Shown in pieces: positions 36,702-45,764 of a stretch of 64,000 nt of DNA. The first letter of the stretch is position 1. Each line of letters begins with the position of its first letter. Source of the stretch: an uncultured Actinomycetota bacterium (GTDB lineage: Bacteria; Actinomycetota; Actinomycetes; JACCUZ01); NCBI GenBank assembly GCA_963705885.1, contig OY970120.1:2671219-2735218 (forward strand). Direction: 5' to 3'. The translations under genes and the position numbers were made by a program. The notes beneath the pieces are model-generated. The model was not told the origin of the DNA. It saw nothing but the letters and a program-made list of their open reading frames with translations, and made no database searches.

Positions 36702-37268
36702 TCAGCGGCGGTAGCCGTTGGCCCGCGGGCACACGTGCCCCTCGGCGTCCAGCGGGCCCCCGCAGAACGGGCAGGGCGGCCGCCCGGCCGAGACCACGGC
36801 CTGCGCACGGGAGACGAACGATCGCGCGACCGGGCCGGGGATACGCACGCGCAGCAGCGGCGGCCCCTCGTCGTCATCGCCGGTGATGAGCGGGGTCTCG
36901 TCGTCCTCGTCGTCCTCGGTCAGCGCCTGCGCCTCGATCACGAGAACCTCGTCGGACTCGTCCCAGGCCAGAGCCATCGTGCCGACGCGGAACTCCTCCT
37001 CGATCGGGCTCGCCAGGGGCGCCGAGTCCTCGACGTCCGTCGGCGTGATGGCGGGCACGGGCGCCTCCCCGGACGAGAGCCGCACGACCTCGTCGAGCAG
37101 TGCCTCCACCCGCTCGGCGAGCACCGACACCTGCTGCTTCTCCAGCGCCACGCTGGTCGTGCGCCCACCGCCGGAGGCCTGCAGGAAGAAGGTGCGCTGT
37201 CCGGGCTCGCCGACGGTGCCCGCCACGAAACGGTCGGGCGGGTCGTACTCGAACACGATCCGGGCCAT
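36702..37268 (-). CDS. DUF3090 family protein (Rv2134c-like)
   Basis: 188 aa. MARIVFEYDPPDRFVAGTVGEPGQRTFFLQA..., acidic linker, C-terminal CPFCGGPLDAEGHVCPR zinc-ribbon-like motif. Confidence 0.7.
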   Translation of the reverse strand: MARIVFEYDPPDRFVAGTVGEPGQRTFFLQASGGGRTTSVALEKQQVSVLAERVEALLDEVVRLSSGEAPVPAITPTDVEDSAPLASPIEEEFRVGTMALAWDESDEVLVIEAQALTEDDEDDETPLITGDDDEGPPLLRVRIPGPVARSFVSRAQAVVSAGRPPCPFCGGPLDAEGHVCPRANGYRR

Positions 37269-37285
37269 GCGCCGACCCTATGCGC

Positions 37286-38005
37286 TCAGCCCCGGCCACC
37301 GGCGCCCGCGCCGCCCCCCACCGGGGCGTCGGACGACGGCGCCTTCCGCCGTCGGGTGCGCCGCCGCGGAGGAGCCAGGAAGCCCAGGTCGCCCCCGGTG
37401 TCGTTGGAGCGGACGACGAACGGGCGCAACGGGGTGTAGGTCACGACGCTCACCGACGCCGGGTCCACCAGGATCCGCTGGAACTGGTCGAGGTGCATCC
37501 CCAGCGCGTCGGCGAGGACCGCCTTGATGACGTCGCCGTGCGAGACGACCGCGTAGACCGCGTCGTCGCCCAGCCGCGCGTTCCAGTCGCGCACGGCCTG
37601 CACCGCCCGCGACTGCATGTCACGCATGGCCTCGCCTCCGTCGCCGGGGAAGGTCATCGCGGACGGGTGGGACTGCACGACCTTCCACAGCGGGTCCTTG
37701 GCGAGCCGCTTGAGCTCCTGGCCCGACCAGTCGCCGTAGCGCACCTCCCCGACCCGGTCGTCCGCGTGGCGCTCGACGCCCTCGCGGCCGGCGAGCAGCA
37801 GGTCGGTCGTCTCCTGGCAGCGCTGCAGCGGGCTGCTGACCACGCACGCCAGCGGCACGGGCGTCAGCCGCGCGGCGAGCGCGCCGACCTGGTCGCGGCC
37901 GGTGTCGTCGAGGGCGACACCCTCGGTCCAGCCGGCGAGGACCCCCGCGCCGTTCGCCGCGGTGCGGCCGTGGCGGACGAGCAGGACGGTGGTCACGAGG
38001 AGCAA
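37286..38005 (-). CDS. histidine phosphatase family protein (phosphoglycerate mutase-like)
   Basis: RHG motif (LLVRHGRTAANG) and catalytic His in VVSHGDVIKA. The start may be the GTG at ~37996. Confidence 0.75.
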   Translation of the reverse strand: MLLVTTVLLVRHGRTAANGAGVLAGWTEGVALDDTGRDQVGALAARLTPVPLACVVSSPLQRCQETTDLLLAGREGVERHADDRVGEVRYGDWSGQELKRLAKDPLWKVVQSHPSAMTFPGDGGEAMRDMQSRAVQAVRDWNARLGDDAVYAVVSHGDVIKAVLADALGMHLDQFQRILVDPASVSVVTYTPLRPFVVRSNDTGGDLGFLAPPRRRTRRRKAPSSDAPVGGGAGAGGRG

Positions 38006-38048
38006 CAGTACGAGACCCCGCGGCCCCTCCGTCGGTCACAATGGGCGC

Positions 38049-39023
38049 GTGATCGTCGACTGCGCGCTCTACCACCACGGGGTGCGCGAGCTCGTCGACG
38101 AGGACCTGGGCGAGGCACTCCGCGCCGCCCGGGCGCGCGGCGGCAGCTTCATCTGGATCGGCCTGCACGACCCGACGCACGACGAGCTGGAGAAGGTGGC
38201 GGCCGAGTTCGCGCTGCACCCGCTCGCGGTCGAGGACGCGGTCAAGGCACACCAGCGGCCCAAGATCGAGGAGTTCGAGGACTCGCTGTTCGTGGTGCTC
38301 AAGACGGTCCGCTACGACGAGGCGACCCAGCAGGTCGAGCTCGGGGACGTGATGCTCTTCCTCGGCGACTCGTTCGTCGTCTCGGTGCGCCACGGCCAGG
38401 CGCGCGCGCTCACGGGCATCCGCCGTCGCCTCGAGGCGGAGGGGCACCTGCTCGACTGCGGCCCGTCGGCGGTGCTCTACGCGATCTGCGACGCCGTCGT
38501 CGACGACTACAGCGCCATCGCCCTCGCCGTCGAGGAGGACATCGAGGAGGTCGAGGAGCGGGTCTTCTCCCCGGACCGCAGCAACGACGCCGAGCGCATC
38601 TACAACCTCAAGCGCGAGGTGATCGAGTTCCGGCGAGCCGTCCGTCCCCTGGTCGACCCGATGAGCCGGCTGGCGGCGGGCATCGTCCCGCGGGTGCACG
38701 AGACCCTGCACCCGTTCTTCCGCGACGTCGCGGACCACGCCGTCCGCGTGGCCGACCAGGCCGACGGCTTCGACGACCTGCTGTCGTCGGTGCTCAGCGC
38801 GAACCTCGCCCAGGTCGGCGTGCAGCAGAACGCCGACATGCGCCGCATCTCGGCCTGGGTGGCGATCGCCGCCGTCCCGACCGCCATCGCCGGCATCGAG
38901 GGCATGAACTTCACGAACATGCCCGAGCTGACGTGGCGCTACGGCTACCCGATGGTCCTCGTCCTCATGGTTGTCGCCTGCACGGCGCTCTACAGAGCGT
39001 TCAAACGGAGTGGCTGGCTGTGA
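38049..39023 (+). CDS. corA: magnesium/cobalt transporter CorA
   Basis: Start trimmed to the GTG at 38049 (VIVDCALYHHG...). Cytoplasmic funnel domain, two C-terminal TM helices with the GMN motif (GIEGMNFTNMPEL). Confidence 0.85.
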   Translation: MIVDCALYHHGVRELVDEDLGEALRAARARGGSFIWIGLHDPTHDELEKVAAEFALHPLAVEDAVKAHQRPKIEEFEDSLFVVLKTVRYDEATQQVELGDVMLFLGDSFVVSVRHGQARALTGIRRRLEAEGHLLDCGPSAVLYAICDAVVDDYSAIALAVEEDIEEVEERVFSPDRSNDAERIYNLKREVIEFRRAVRPLVDPMSRLAAGIVPRVHETLHPFFRDVADHAVRVADQADGFDDLLSSVLSANLAQVGVQQNADMRRISAWVAIAAVPTAIAGIEGMNFTNMPELTWRYGYPMVLVLMVVACTALYRAFKRSGWL

Positions 39024-39033
39024 AGGACTCGGC

Positions 39034-39060
39034 GGCCGGAGGAAAAATAGTCCTCCGGCC
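39034..39060 (+). terminator. putative intrinsic terminator hairpin after corA
   Basis: Perfect 10-bp inverted repeat ggccggagga-aaaatag-tcctccggcc, 11 nt after the corA stop. Flanked by unusually AT-rich sequence (aaaatag, tatttctg) for this genome. Confidence 0.45.
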
Positions 39061-39183
39061 AGCAGGTATTTCTGCCGAGTCATAGCCAGGGACCGCCGTG
39101 GCCAGCCACGATGGCCCTGACGTGCGCCGGGGGGCCGGAGGGCACGGGCAGGACAGACCGGTAGGAACCGACGGCGACTGGGG

Positions 39184-40647
39184 GTGGGCATGCGTTCCAC
39201 GGTGCGCCCCCGCGCAGGCTGGGCCGCCGGCCTGGTGGCCGCCCTGGTCGTCACCGTCGTCGGGACGAGCGCTCCGGCGAGCGCCACCGACCCCACCGCC
39301 ACCCCGACCGCCAGCGCCACCGCCACCGCGGACGGCGACGGCCTGACCAGGGCCGAGCGCCGGGCCAAGCGCGCCGAGGCCCGGAAGGCCAGGGCCGAGC
39401 GCGCCGAGGCCAGAGCGGCAGAGGCCGCCGAGGCGAAGGCCCGGGCGGAGGCCAAGTCAGAGGCCGAGGCGAAGGCCGCCGAGGCCGCCGCGCTGGCCGA
39501 GGAGGCGGCGCACGACGCCGCCGCGCTGGTCGAGGCGTCGAAGGAGCTGGCGAAGGCCAAGGCCGACCTGACGCTCGCGCAGGTGGCGCTCACGACGGCC
39601 CGCGAGGACCTCGAGACGGCGCGGGCCCTCGACGCCCAGGCGCAGACCGACCTCGACGCCGCGGTGCTGGCCGAGGAGCGTGCGGCCCGCGAGCTGGCCG
39701 ACGTCGAGGCCCGCATCCTCATGCGACAGGGAGACCTCGGCCGCCTGGCCCGCACCGCGTACCAGTCCAACGGCTCGATGGGCGAGTGGGCGATCGTGCT
39801 GTCGTCCGCCAGCCCCAACCAGCTCGCCGAGCGCCTCGCCTTCCTGCAGAGCGTCGGCGCCGCGGGCAACGCCGTCCTCGCCGACCTGGCCGCCGACAGG
39901 GCCGAGCTGCTCAACGCGCAGGCCCGGCTCTCGGCCGCCCGCGCGGAGGAGGAGGTCCAGCGCGCCGCCGCCGCGACGGCACTCGCCACCGTGCGCGCCA
40001 AGGAGATGCTCGCGGAGGCGGCGGAGAAGCAGGTCGACGCCGTCGTCGCGGCCCGCAAGGCGGCCTTCGACGCCGCCCGCGAGGCCGCGGTCGAGGACAA
40101 GCGGCGCTACCAGGTGCTGGTGGTGCAGTCCGGAGCGCTCGGCGCGCGCATCAACGAGCTGCACGCGGAGCTGGCCGGGTCCGGCAAGGTCCCGAAGGGC
40201 ACCGGTGAGTTCGTGCTGCCGGGCACCGGCGACGTGACCTCGCCGTTCGGGCCGCGCCTGCACCCGATCCTGAAGTACGTGAAGGTGCACACCGGGACCG
40301 ACTTCGGCGCCGGTGACGGCATCGTCTACGCCGCCGACGCCGGGGTCGTGCTGCTCACCGAGTACAACGTGGCGTACGGGAACATGACCGTCGTCGACCA
40401 CGGCCGCATCGGCGGGCTGCGCGTCACCACGCTGTACGCGCACCAGTCGGCCGTCGGGGTCGAGCCGGGCGACAAGGTCGTGCGCGGCCAGGCGATCGGC
40501 GTCATCGGGTCGACCGGCTACTCGACGGGTCCGCACCTGCACTTCGAGGTCAGGGTCGACGGCGAGCCGTTCGACCCCGCGCCCTTCCTCAAGGGCGCGG
40601 TGCTGCCGACCAGGCTGGGACAGGACGTGGGCCGCGCACGCCAGTGA
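39184..40647 (+). CDS. secreted coiled-coil M23 family metallopeptidase (peptidoglycan endopeptidase)
   Basis: Signal peptide, long Ala/Glu/Arg-rich coiled coil, C-terminal LytM/M23 domain (HTGTDFGAG...YNVAYGNMTVVDHG...TGPHLHFEV). Confidence 0.8.
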   Translation: MGMRSTVRPRAGWAAGLVAALVVTVVGTSAPASATDPTATPTASATATADGDGLTRAERRAKRAEARKARAERAEARAAEAAEAKARAEAKSEAEAKAAEAAALAEEAAHDAAALVEASKELAKAKADLTLAQVALTTAREDLETARALDAQAQTDLDAAVLAEERAARELADVEARILMRQGDLGRLARTAYQSNGSMGEWAIVLSSASPNQLAERLAFLQSVGAAGNAVLADLAADRAELLNAQARLSAARAEEEVQRAAAATALATVRAKEMLAEAAEKQVDAVVAARKAAFDAAREAAVEDKRRYQVLVVQSGALGARINELHAELAGSGKVPKGTGEFVLPGTGDVTSPFGPRLHPILKYVKVHTGTDFGAGDGIVYAADAGVVLLTEYNVAYGNMTVVDHGRIGGLRVTTLYAHQSAVGVEPGDKVVRGQAIGVIGSTGYSTGPHLHFEVRVDGEPFDPAPFLKGAVLPTRLGQDVGRARQ

Positions 40648-40707
40648 GCGTGACCCGGAGCCTGCTCGCTCGTTTGTCACGGTGGTCCCGTGGCAAAGGA
40701 GTAGGTC

Positions 40708-42126
40708 ATGCGCACACGCCTGGCAGCGGTCGCTGCCGCCTCGACGGCGGCTGCCGTCCTGGTGGGTGGGTCGCCGGCCGGTGCGACGAGCGGCCTGACC
40801 GTCCCCACCCCTGCCGTCACCCCGCTGCCGACGGTGTCGGTGCCGGTCCCCCTGCCGACCAAACCGACCGACCCCCTGCCGAGCCCGTCGCTGCCCGTGC
40901 CCGTCCCGTCGGTGCCCGGCACCGGCGGTGTCGGAGGCTCCGGCGGGTCGGGAGGCACGGGCGGCACGAACCCCGCGCCTGGCGGCCCCTCCGCCGGGAC
41001 GGACGGGTCCGGCAAGGCGTCCGCGACGTCCGCGCGGGCCGAGCGGGCTCGGGACCGCCGGGCGCGCGACGCGACGCCGATGCTCGCGGGCACGCCGCAG
41101 GCCAGGGACCTCATCGACGACGAGAGCAGCCCGGCCCTGCTCAGGGCGAGCCGCGACTTCCTGGCCGCCGACCAGGGCATCGCCGAGATCGCCCGGCAGA
41201 AGCGGATCATGGCCCAGCTCGAGCAGGCGGCGGCCGAGAAGGCCGCCACCTACCGGGCGATGGACCTCGACGTCCTCACGGCGACGAGCGCTGCCCAGCA
41301 GATGCACGAGCGCTACGACTCGGTGCGCGGCCAGCTGGCGGCCGACGCCCGCACGGCGTACGTCACCGGACGGCCGACCACCGACGACGGCGCCGTCACG
41401 GGCATGGCGATGGCGCTCGAGCGGCTCGTCGACGGCAGCACGCGGGCGGACCTGCGCGTCGGCGACCTCACCGTCCGCCGGGACACGGTGCGCGCCGAGT
41501 TCGAGGCGCTCTCGACCCGCTACGGCCAGGCGAAGAAGGCGCTCGACGACGCCAGCCGCCGCCTGACGAGGCTGGCCGCGCAGCGATCGGCCGCGCTGCA
41601 GGCGGTGCAGGCCGCCGGCGCCGGCGACCGGGCGCTGCACCAGGCGCGCATCGTCGAGTCCGGGCAGCTCGGCGCGCAGATCCGCGCGGCGTCGACAGGT
41701 CTCGAGCGGGCCGGGACGACCGTGCAGGGCAGCGGGGAGCTCGCCCGGCCGGTCGCCGGTCAGGTCACCTCGCCCTTCGGCATGCGCCTGCACCCGATCC
41801 TGCGCTACACCAAGCTGCACACCGGCACCGACTTCGCGGGCGGTGACCCGACCGTGCGCGCCGCCGACGACGGCCGCGTCGTCATGACGGTCGTGAGCAC
41901 TGCCTACGGCAACTTCACCGTCGTGGACCACGGCGTCGTGGACGGCAAGCGCGTCACCACGGCGTACGCGCACCAGGCGCGGTTCCTCGTCGCCGAGGGC
42001 GACGCCGTCCGCAAGGGCCAGCCGATCGGCATCGTCGGGTCCACCGGCTACTCGACCGGCCCGCACCTGCACTTCGAGGTCCGCGAGGACGGCACGGTCG
42101 TCGACCCCGCCCGCTACCTCGGCTGA
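40708..42126 (+). CDS. secreted coiled-coil M23 family metallopeptidase, paralog of the preceding gene
   Basis: Signal peptide, Pro/Gly-rich linker (GGSGGSGGTGGT), coiled coil, M23 domain (HTGTDFAGG...TGPHLHFEV). Confidence 0.8.
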   Translation: MRTRLAAVAAASTAAAVLVGGSPAGATSGLTVPTPAVTPLPTVSVPVPLPTKPTDPLPSPSLPVPVPSVPGTGGVGGSGGSGGTGGTNPAPGGPSAGTDGSGKASATSARAERARDRRARDATPMLAGTPQARDLIDDESSPALLRASRDFLAADQGIAEIARQKRIMAQLEQAAAEKAATYRAMDLDVLTATSAAQQMHERYDSVRGQLAADARTAYVTGRPTTDDGAVTGMAMALERLVDGSTRADLRVGDLTVRRDTVRAEFEALSTRYGQAKKALDDASRRLTRLAAQRSAALQAVQAAGAGDRALHQARIVESGQLGAQIRAASTGLERAGTTVQGSGELARPVAGQVTSPFGMRLHPILRYTKLHTGTDFAGGDPTVRAADDGRVVMTVVSTAYGNFTVVDHGVVDGKRVTTAYAHQARFLVAEGDAVRKGQPIGIVGSTGYSTGPHLHFEVREDGTVVDPARYLG

Positions 42127-42133
42127 GAGCGCC

Positions 42134-42574
42134 CTACTGCTCCAGTGCGCCCGTCGACTGGCCGACCTCGATGAGGTGCCCGTCAGGGTCCCGGACGTAG
42201 CAGCGGATCTCGGCGCCGCGGTCCTGCGGTGGGGTGAGGAACTGCGCTCCCTTGCTGCTCCAGTCCGCGAACACGGCCTGGATGTCGGCGACGCGGATGT
42301 TGAGGAACGCGCTGGTCAGGTGCGGGTCGGCGGGCACGTCCAGCGTCACCTCCGGCTTGTCCTCGGTCGGGCCGCCGCCGATGTTGATGATGACCCAGCC
42401 GTTGGCCAGCTTCACCATCGCCGGGATGCCCTGCTCCTGGTCGCCGGGCCACACCACCTCACCGCCGAGCACGGAGGCGTAGAAGTCGCGGGATCGGGCG
42501 ATGTCGGAGACCACGATGAAGTGGGTCAGCAGGATCCCCTCGCGCGGGGCGGGGAAGTCGTCGGCGATGCTCAT
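42134..42574 (-). CDS. VOC family protein (glyoxalase/bleomycin-resistance fold)
   Basis: 146 aa. Two beta-alpha-beta-beta-beta modules with the HF.V.DIARSRDFY and DPDGHLIEV motifs. Confidence 0.75.
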   Translation of the reverse strand: MSIADDFPAPREGILLTHFIVVSDIARSRDFYASVLGGEVVWPGDQEQGIPAMVKLANGWVIINIGGGPTEDKPEVTLDVPADPHLTSAFLNIRVADIQAVFADWSSKGAQFLTPPQDRGAEIRCYVRDPDGHLIEVGQSTGALEQ

Positions 42575-42630
42575 GCGTCCTCCTCGAGGTCGGTCGGACC
42601 CCCCGAGCCTGGCACGGATCGCCGTGACCG

Positions 42631-43455
42631 TCAGGCGTCGATGACGCCGCCGGCCAGCAGCGCCATGACCACGAGCCCGAGCAGGATGCGGTAGGCGACG
42701 AACGGCCGGAAGGTGTGCGTGGCGATGTAGCGCAGGAAGAAGGCGATGACGCCGAGCGCCACGAAGAACGCGATGACGGTGGCCACCAGCGTCGGCCCCC
42801 AGGTGACCGGGGCCTCGCCGGACACGACGTCCTTGAGCTCGAACAGGCCCGACAGGACGACGGCCGGGATCGCGAGGAGGAACGAGTAGCGCGCGGCTGC
42901 CTCGCGCCGGTAGCCCATGAGCAACCCGGCCGTGATGGTGCCGCCGGACCGCGAGACGCCGGGGATCAGGGCCAGTGCCTGCGCGCCGCCGTAGGCCAGC
43001 GCGTTCTGGAAGGTGAGCCGGTCGAGCGGCTTGGAGTTGCGCGCCACGTGGTCAGCCACGCCGAGGACCACGCCGAACACGACGAGGGTGCTGGCGATGA
43101 GCCACAGGTTGCGGAACGTGTCCTCGATCGTGTTCTGGAACAGCAGACCGAGCACGCCGATGGGCAGCGTGCCGACGATGACGTACCAGCCCATGCGCGC
43201 GTCGAGCTCGCCGCGCAGCTCGGGCCGGAACAGCGAGAGGCTCCACGTCCGCAGGATGTTCGCGATGTCGCGGCGGAAGTAGAGCAGGACGGCGGCCTCG
43301 GTGCCGAGCTGGGTCACGGCCGTGAACGCGGCGCCCGGGTCCTCCCAGCCGGCGAGCTCGGCGACGATGCGCAGGTGCGCGCTGCTGCTGATCGGCAGGA
43401 ACTCGGTCAGCCCCTGCACGAGGCCGAGCACGACGGCCTCGAACCACGAGAACAC
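42631..43455 (-). CDS. uppP: undecaprenyl-diphosphate phosphatase UppP (BacA)
   Basis: 274 aa, 8 TM. Signature motifs [14 protein letters not shown] and [10 protein letters not shown]. Confidence 0.9.
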   Translation of the reverse strand: MFSWFEAVVLGLVQGLTEFLPISSSAHLRIVAELAGWEDPGAAFTAVTQLGTEAAVLLYFRRDIANILRTWSLSLFRPELRGELDARMGWYVIVGTLPIGVLGLLFQNTIEDTFRNLWLIASTLVVFGVVLGVADHVARNSKPLDRLTFQNALAYGGAQALALIPGVSRSGGTITAGLLMGYRREAAARYSFLLAIPAVVLSGLFELKDVVSGEAPVTWGPTLVATVIAFFVALGVIAFFLRYIATHTFRPFVAYRILLGLVVMALLAGGVIDA

Positions 43456-43461
43456 GGGCGG

Positions 43462-44512
43462 TCAGTCCCCCAGGCCGGACTCGTCGAGCGCCTCGGACAC
43501 CGTCCGCAGCGTGGCGACCCGCTCGTCGAGGCTCCCGGCGTACGACGCGACGGCGAGGGTCGTCACCCCTGCCTCGGCGAACGCCGCCAGCCGGTCGCGG
43601 ATGCGCTCGCGCGGCCCGATGAGCGACGTGCGGTCGATGAACTCGAACGGCACGGCCTCGGCGGCGTCGCGGTGCTGGCGGGCCAGGTAGAGGTCCTGCA
43701 CCGTTGCGGCGGCCTCCTCGTAGCCCATCCGCACGGCCAGGCGGTTGTAGAAGTTCTGCTCGCGGCTGCCCATGCCGCCGACGTAGAGGGCGGCGTAGTG
43801 GCGCAGCGGGGCGGCGCAGGCCTGCAGGTCGTCGCCGACGACGACGGGCACGGTGGGCACGACGTCGAACCCGGTCATGTCCTTGCCGGCCGTCGCGCGC
43901 CCGGCCCGGATGTGGTCGGTCGACTCCTTCGCGTGCTCGGGGGCGAAGAAGATCGCGAGCCACCCGTCGGCGATCTCGCCGGTCAGCTCGAGGTTCCTGG
44001 GCCCGACGGCCGCGAGGTAGAGCGGGATGTGCTCGCGGACCGGGTGCACGGTGAGCCGCAGCGCCTTGCCGGGACCGTCGGGCAGCGGCAGCGTCCAGTG
44101 CGTGCCCTCGTGCACGACCTTCTCACGGGCGAGCGCCATGCGGACGATCTCGACGTACTCGCGGGTGCGGGCCAGCGGCTTGTCGAAGCGCACGCCGTGC
44201 CAGCCCTCGGACACCTGCGGCCCCGACACGCCGAGGCCGAGCCGGAACCGGCCGCCCGACAGCGAGTCGAGCGTCGCAGCGGTCATGGCCGTCATCGCGG
44301 GCGTCCGGGCGGGGATCTGGAAGATCGCCGACCCGACGTCGATGCGCTCGGTCTGCGCCGCCACCCACGCAAGCACCGTCGCGGCGTCGGAGCCGTAGGC
44401 CTCGGCGGCCCACGCACGAGTCGTAGCCCAGCCGGTCGGCCTCCTGGGCCAGGGCGAGGTTGTCCCGGTCGTTCCCGGCACCCCAGTAGCCGAGGTTCAC
44501 AGCGAGTCGCAT
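43462..44512 (-). pseudogene. LLM-class F420-dependent oxidoreductase, disrupted by a 1-nt frameshift (or sequencing error)
   Basis: The N-terminal 33 aa (MRLAVNLGYWGAGNDRDNLALAQEADRLGYDS) are in the frame of ORF 44123..44686. The remaining ~310 aa (WAAEAYGSDAATVLAWVAAQTERIDVGSAIFQIPARTP...) are in the frame of ORF 43462..44481. The break is at ~44405-44412, inside the conserved LGYDS-VWAAEAYG junction. Confidence 0.6.
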
Positions 44513-44540
44513 GGAGGTCGACCCTATAGATTCGCCGGTC

Positions 44541-45508
44541 ATGGAGCAGCGCAGCCTCGGCCGGTCGGGCCTGACCGTGAGCCGGCTCGGCCTCGGGACC
44601 ATGACCTGGGGCCGCGACACCGACGAGCACGAGGCCGCCGACCAGCTCTCGATGTTCCTCGAGGCGGGCGGGACGCTGCTGGACACGGCAGCCGGCTACG
44701 GCGACGGCGAGTCGGAGCGGGTGATCGGCGGGCTGCTCGCCTCCAAGGTCGACCGGGAGGAGGTCGTGCTCGCGACCAAGGCCGGCGTCTCCCGTCGTAC
44801 CGGCGAGCGGGTCGTCGACACCTCGCGGCGCGCGCTCCTGGACGCGCTCGACGGCTCGCTGCTGCGGCTCGGCACCGACCACGTCGACCTGTGGCAGGTG
44901 CACGCGTGGAGCGACCGCGCGCCGCTGGAGGAGACGCTGTCGGCGGTCGACGCGGCCGTCACGTCGGGGCGCGCGCGCTACGCCGGCGTCTCGAACTACT
45001 CGGGCTGGCAGACGGGGCAGGCGGTGACCTGGCAGGAGGCCTGGCCGGGCCGCGCGCGGATCGTCTCGACGCAGATGGAGTACTCCCTGCTCCAGCGCGG
45101 CATCGAGCGGGAGGTGCTGCCCGCGGCCGCGGCGCTCGGGCTCGGCGTCCTGCCGTGGTCGCCGCTGGGTGCGGGGTGCTGACCGGGAAGTACCGCGGCG
45201 GCACCCCGGCCGACTCGCGCGCCGCCTCGCCGCACTTCGCGCGGTTCATCGAGCGCTTCCTCGACGACCGCTGCCGCCGCATCGTCGACGCGGTGGCGAC
45301 GGCCGCCGACGGGCTCGACGTGGCGCCGCTGGAGGTGGCGCTGGTGTGGGTGCGGGACGCGGCCGGTGTCACCGCGCCGATCGTCGGGGCGCGCACGGCA
45401 GCCCAGCTGCGGGCGTCGCTGGACGCCGAGGGCCTGACCCTGCCGGCCGAGATCCGCTCCGCGCTCGACGAGGTCTCCGCTCCCCCGACGGGCTACCCGG
45501 ACGGGTGA
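44541..45508 (+). pseudogene. aldo/keto reductase, disrupted by a 1-nt frameshift (or sequencing error)
   Basis: N-terminal 2/3 (MEQRSLGRSGLTVSRLGLGTMTWG...LPWSPLGAGC*) is in one frame and ends at 45182. The C-terminal third (VLTGKYRGG...IVGARTAAQLRASLDA) continues in the +1 frame (ORF 44891..45508). The conserved WSPLGRGVLTGKY is split at ~45168-45180, consistent with one missing base. Confidence 0.6.
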
Positions 45509-45560
45509 GTTCGCCGGGTCCTGCCGCGTCGGCGGGGCGGACTGGGCCACACTGGGACCG

Positions 45561-45746
45561 ATGGCGGAGTGGGAGTACCAGCACCTCTACCTGCCGCGCG
45601 GCACGAGCCGGGGCGCCGCGCGGCGACTCCTGACGGACCACGCCGAGTACGGCCACTGGGAGCTCACCCGGCTGCGCCTGCACGCCGACGGCAGCCGCCG
45701 CGTGGTGCTGCGCCGCAAGGTGATCCGGGTGGTCCGCACCGCCTGA
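45561..45746 (+). CDS. conserved actinobacterial small protein (DUF5703-like), function unknown
   Basis: 61 aa, MAEWEYQHLYLPRGTSRGAARRLLTDHAEYGHWELTRLRLHADGSRRVVLRRKVIRVVRTA. Near-perfect GC3 bias. The family assignment is from memory and not certain. Confidence 0.5.
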   Translation: MAEWEYQHLYLPRGTSRGAARRLLTDHAEYGHWELTRLRLHADGSRRVVLRRKVIRVVRTA

Positions 45747-45764
45747 CGATCGGCAGCGCGTACG

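Noticed and set aside
38041-38052. In-frame atgggcgcgtga mini-ORF immediately upstream of corA, considered as a leader peptide.
   Set aside because: Only 3 codons, overlapping the corA GTG start region. There is no supporting structure, so it is most likely coincidental.
39300-39520. Repetitive GCC/GAG-rich DNA (AEARKARAERAEARAAEAAEAKARAEAKSEAEAKAAEAA) that could be mistaken for a tandem or CRISPR-like repeat. Similar Gly-codon repeats occur at 40920-40990.
   Set aside because: These encode low-complexity coiled-coil and linker segments inside the M23 peptidase genes. There are no regularly spaced identical repeats with unique spacers and no cas genes, so this is not a CRISPR array.
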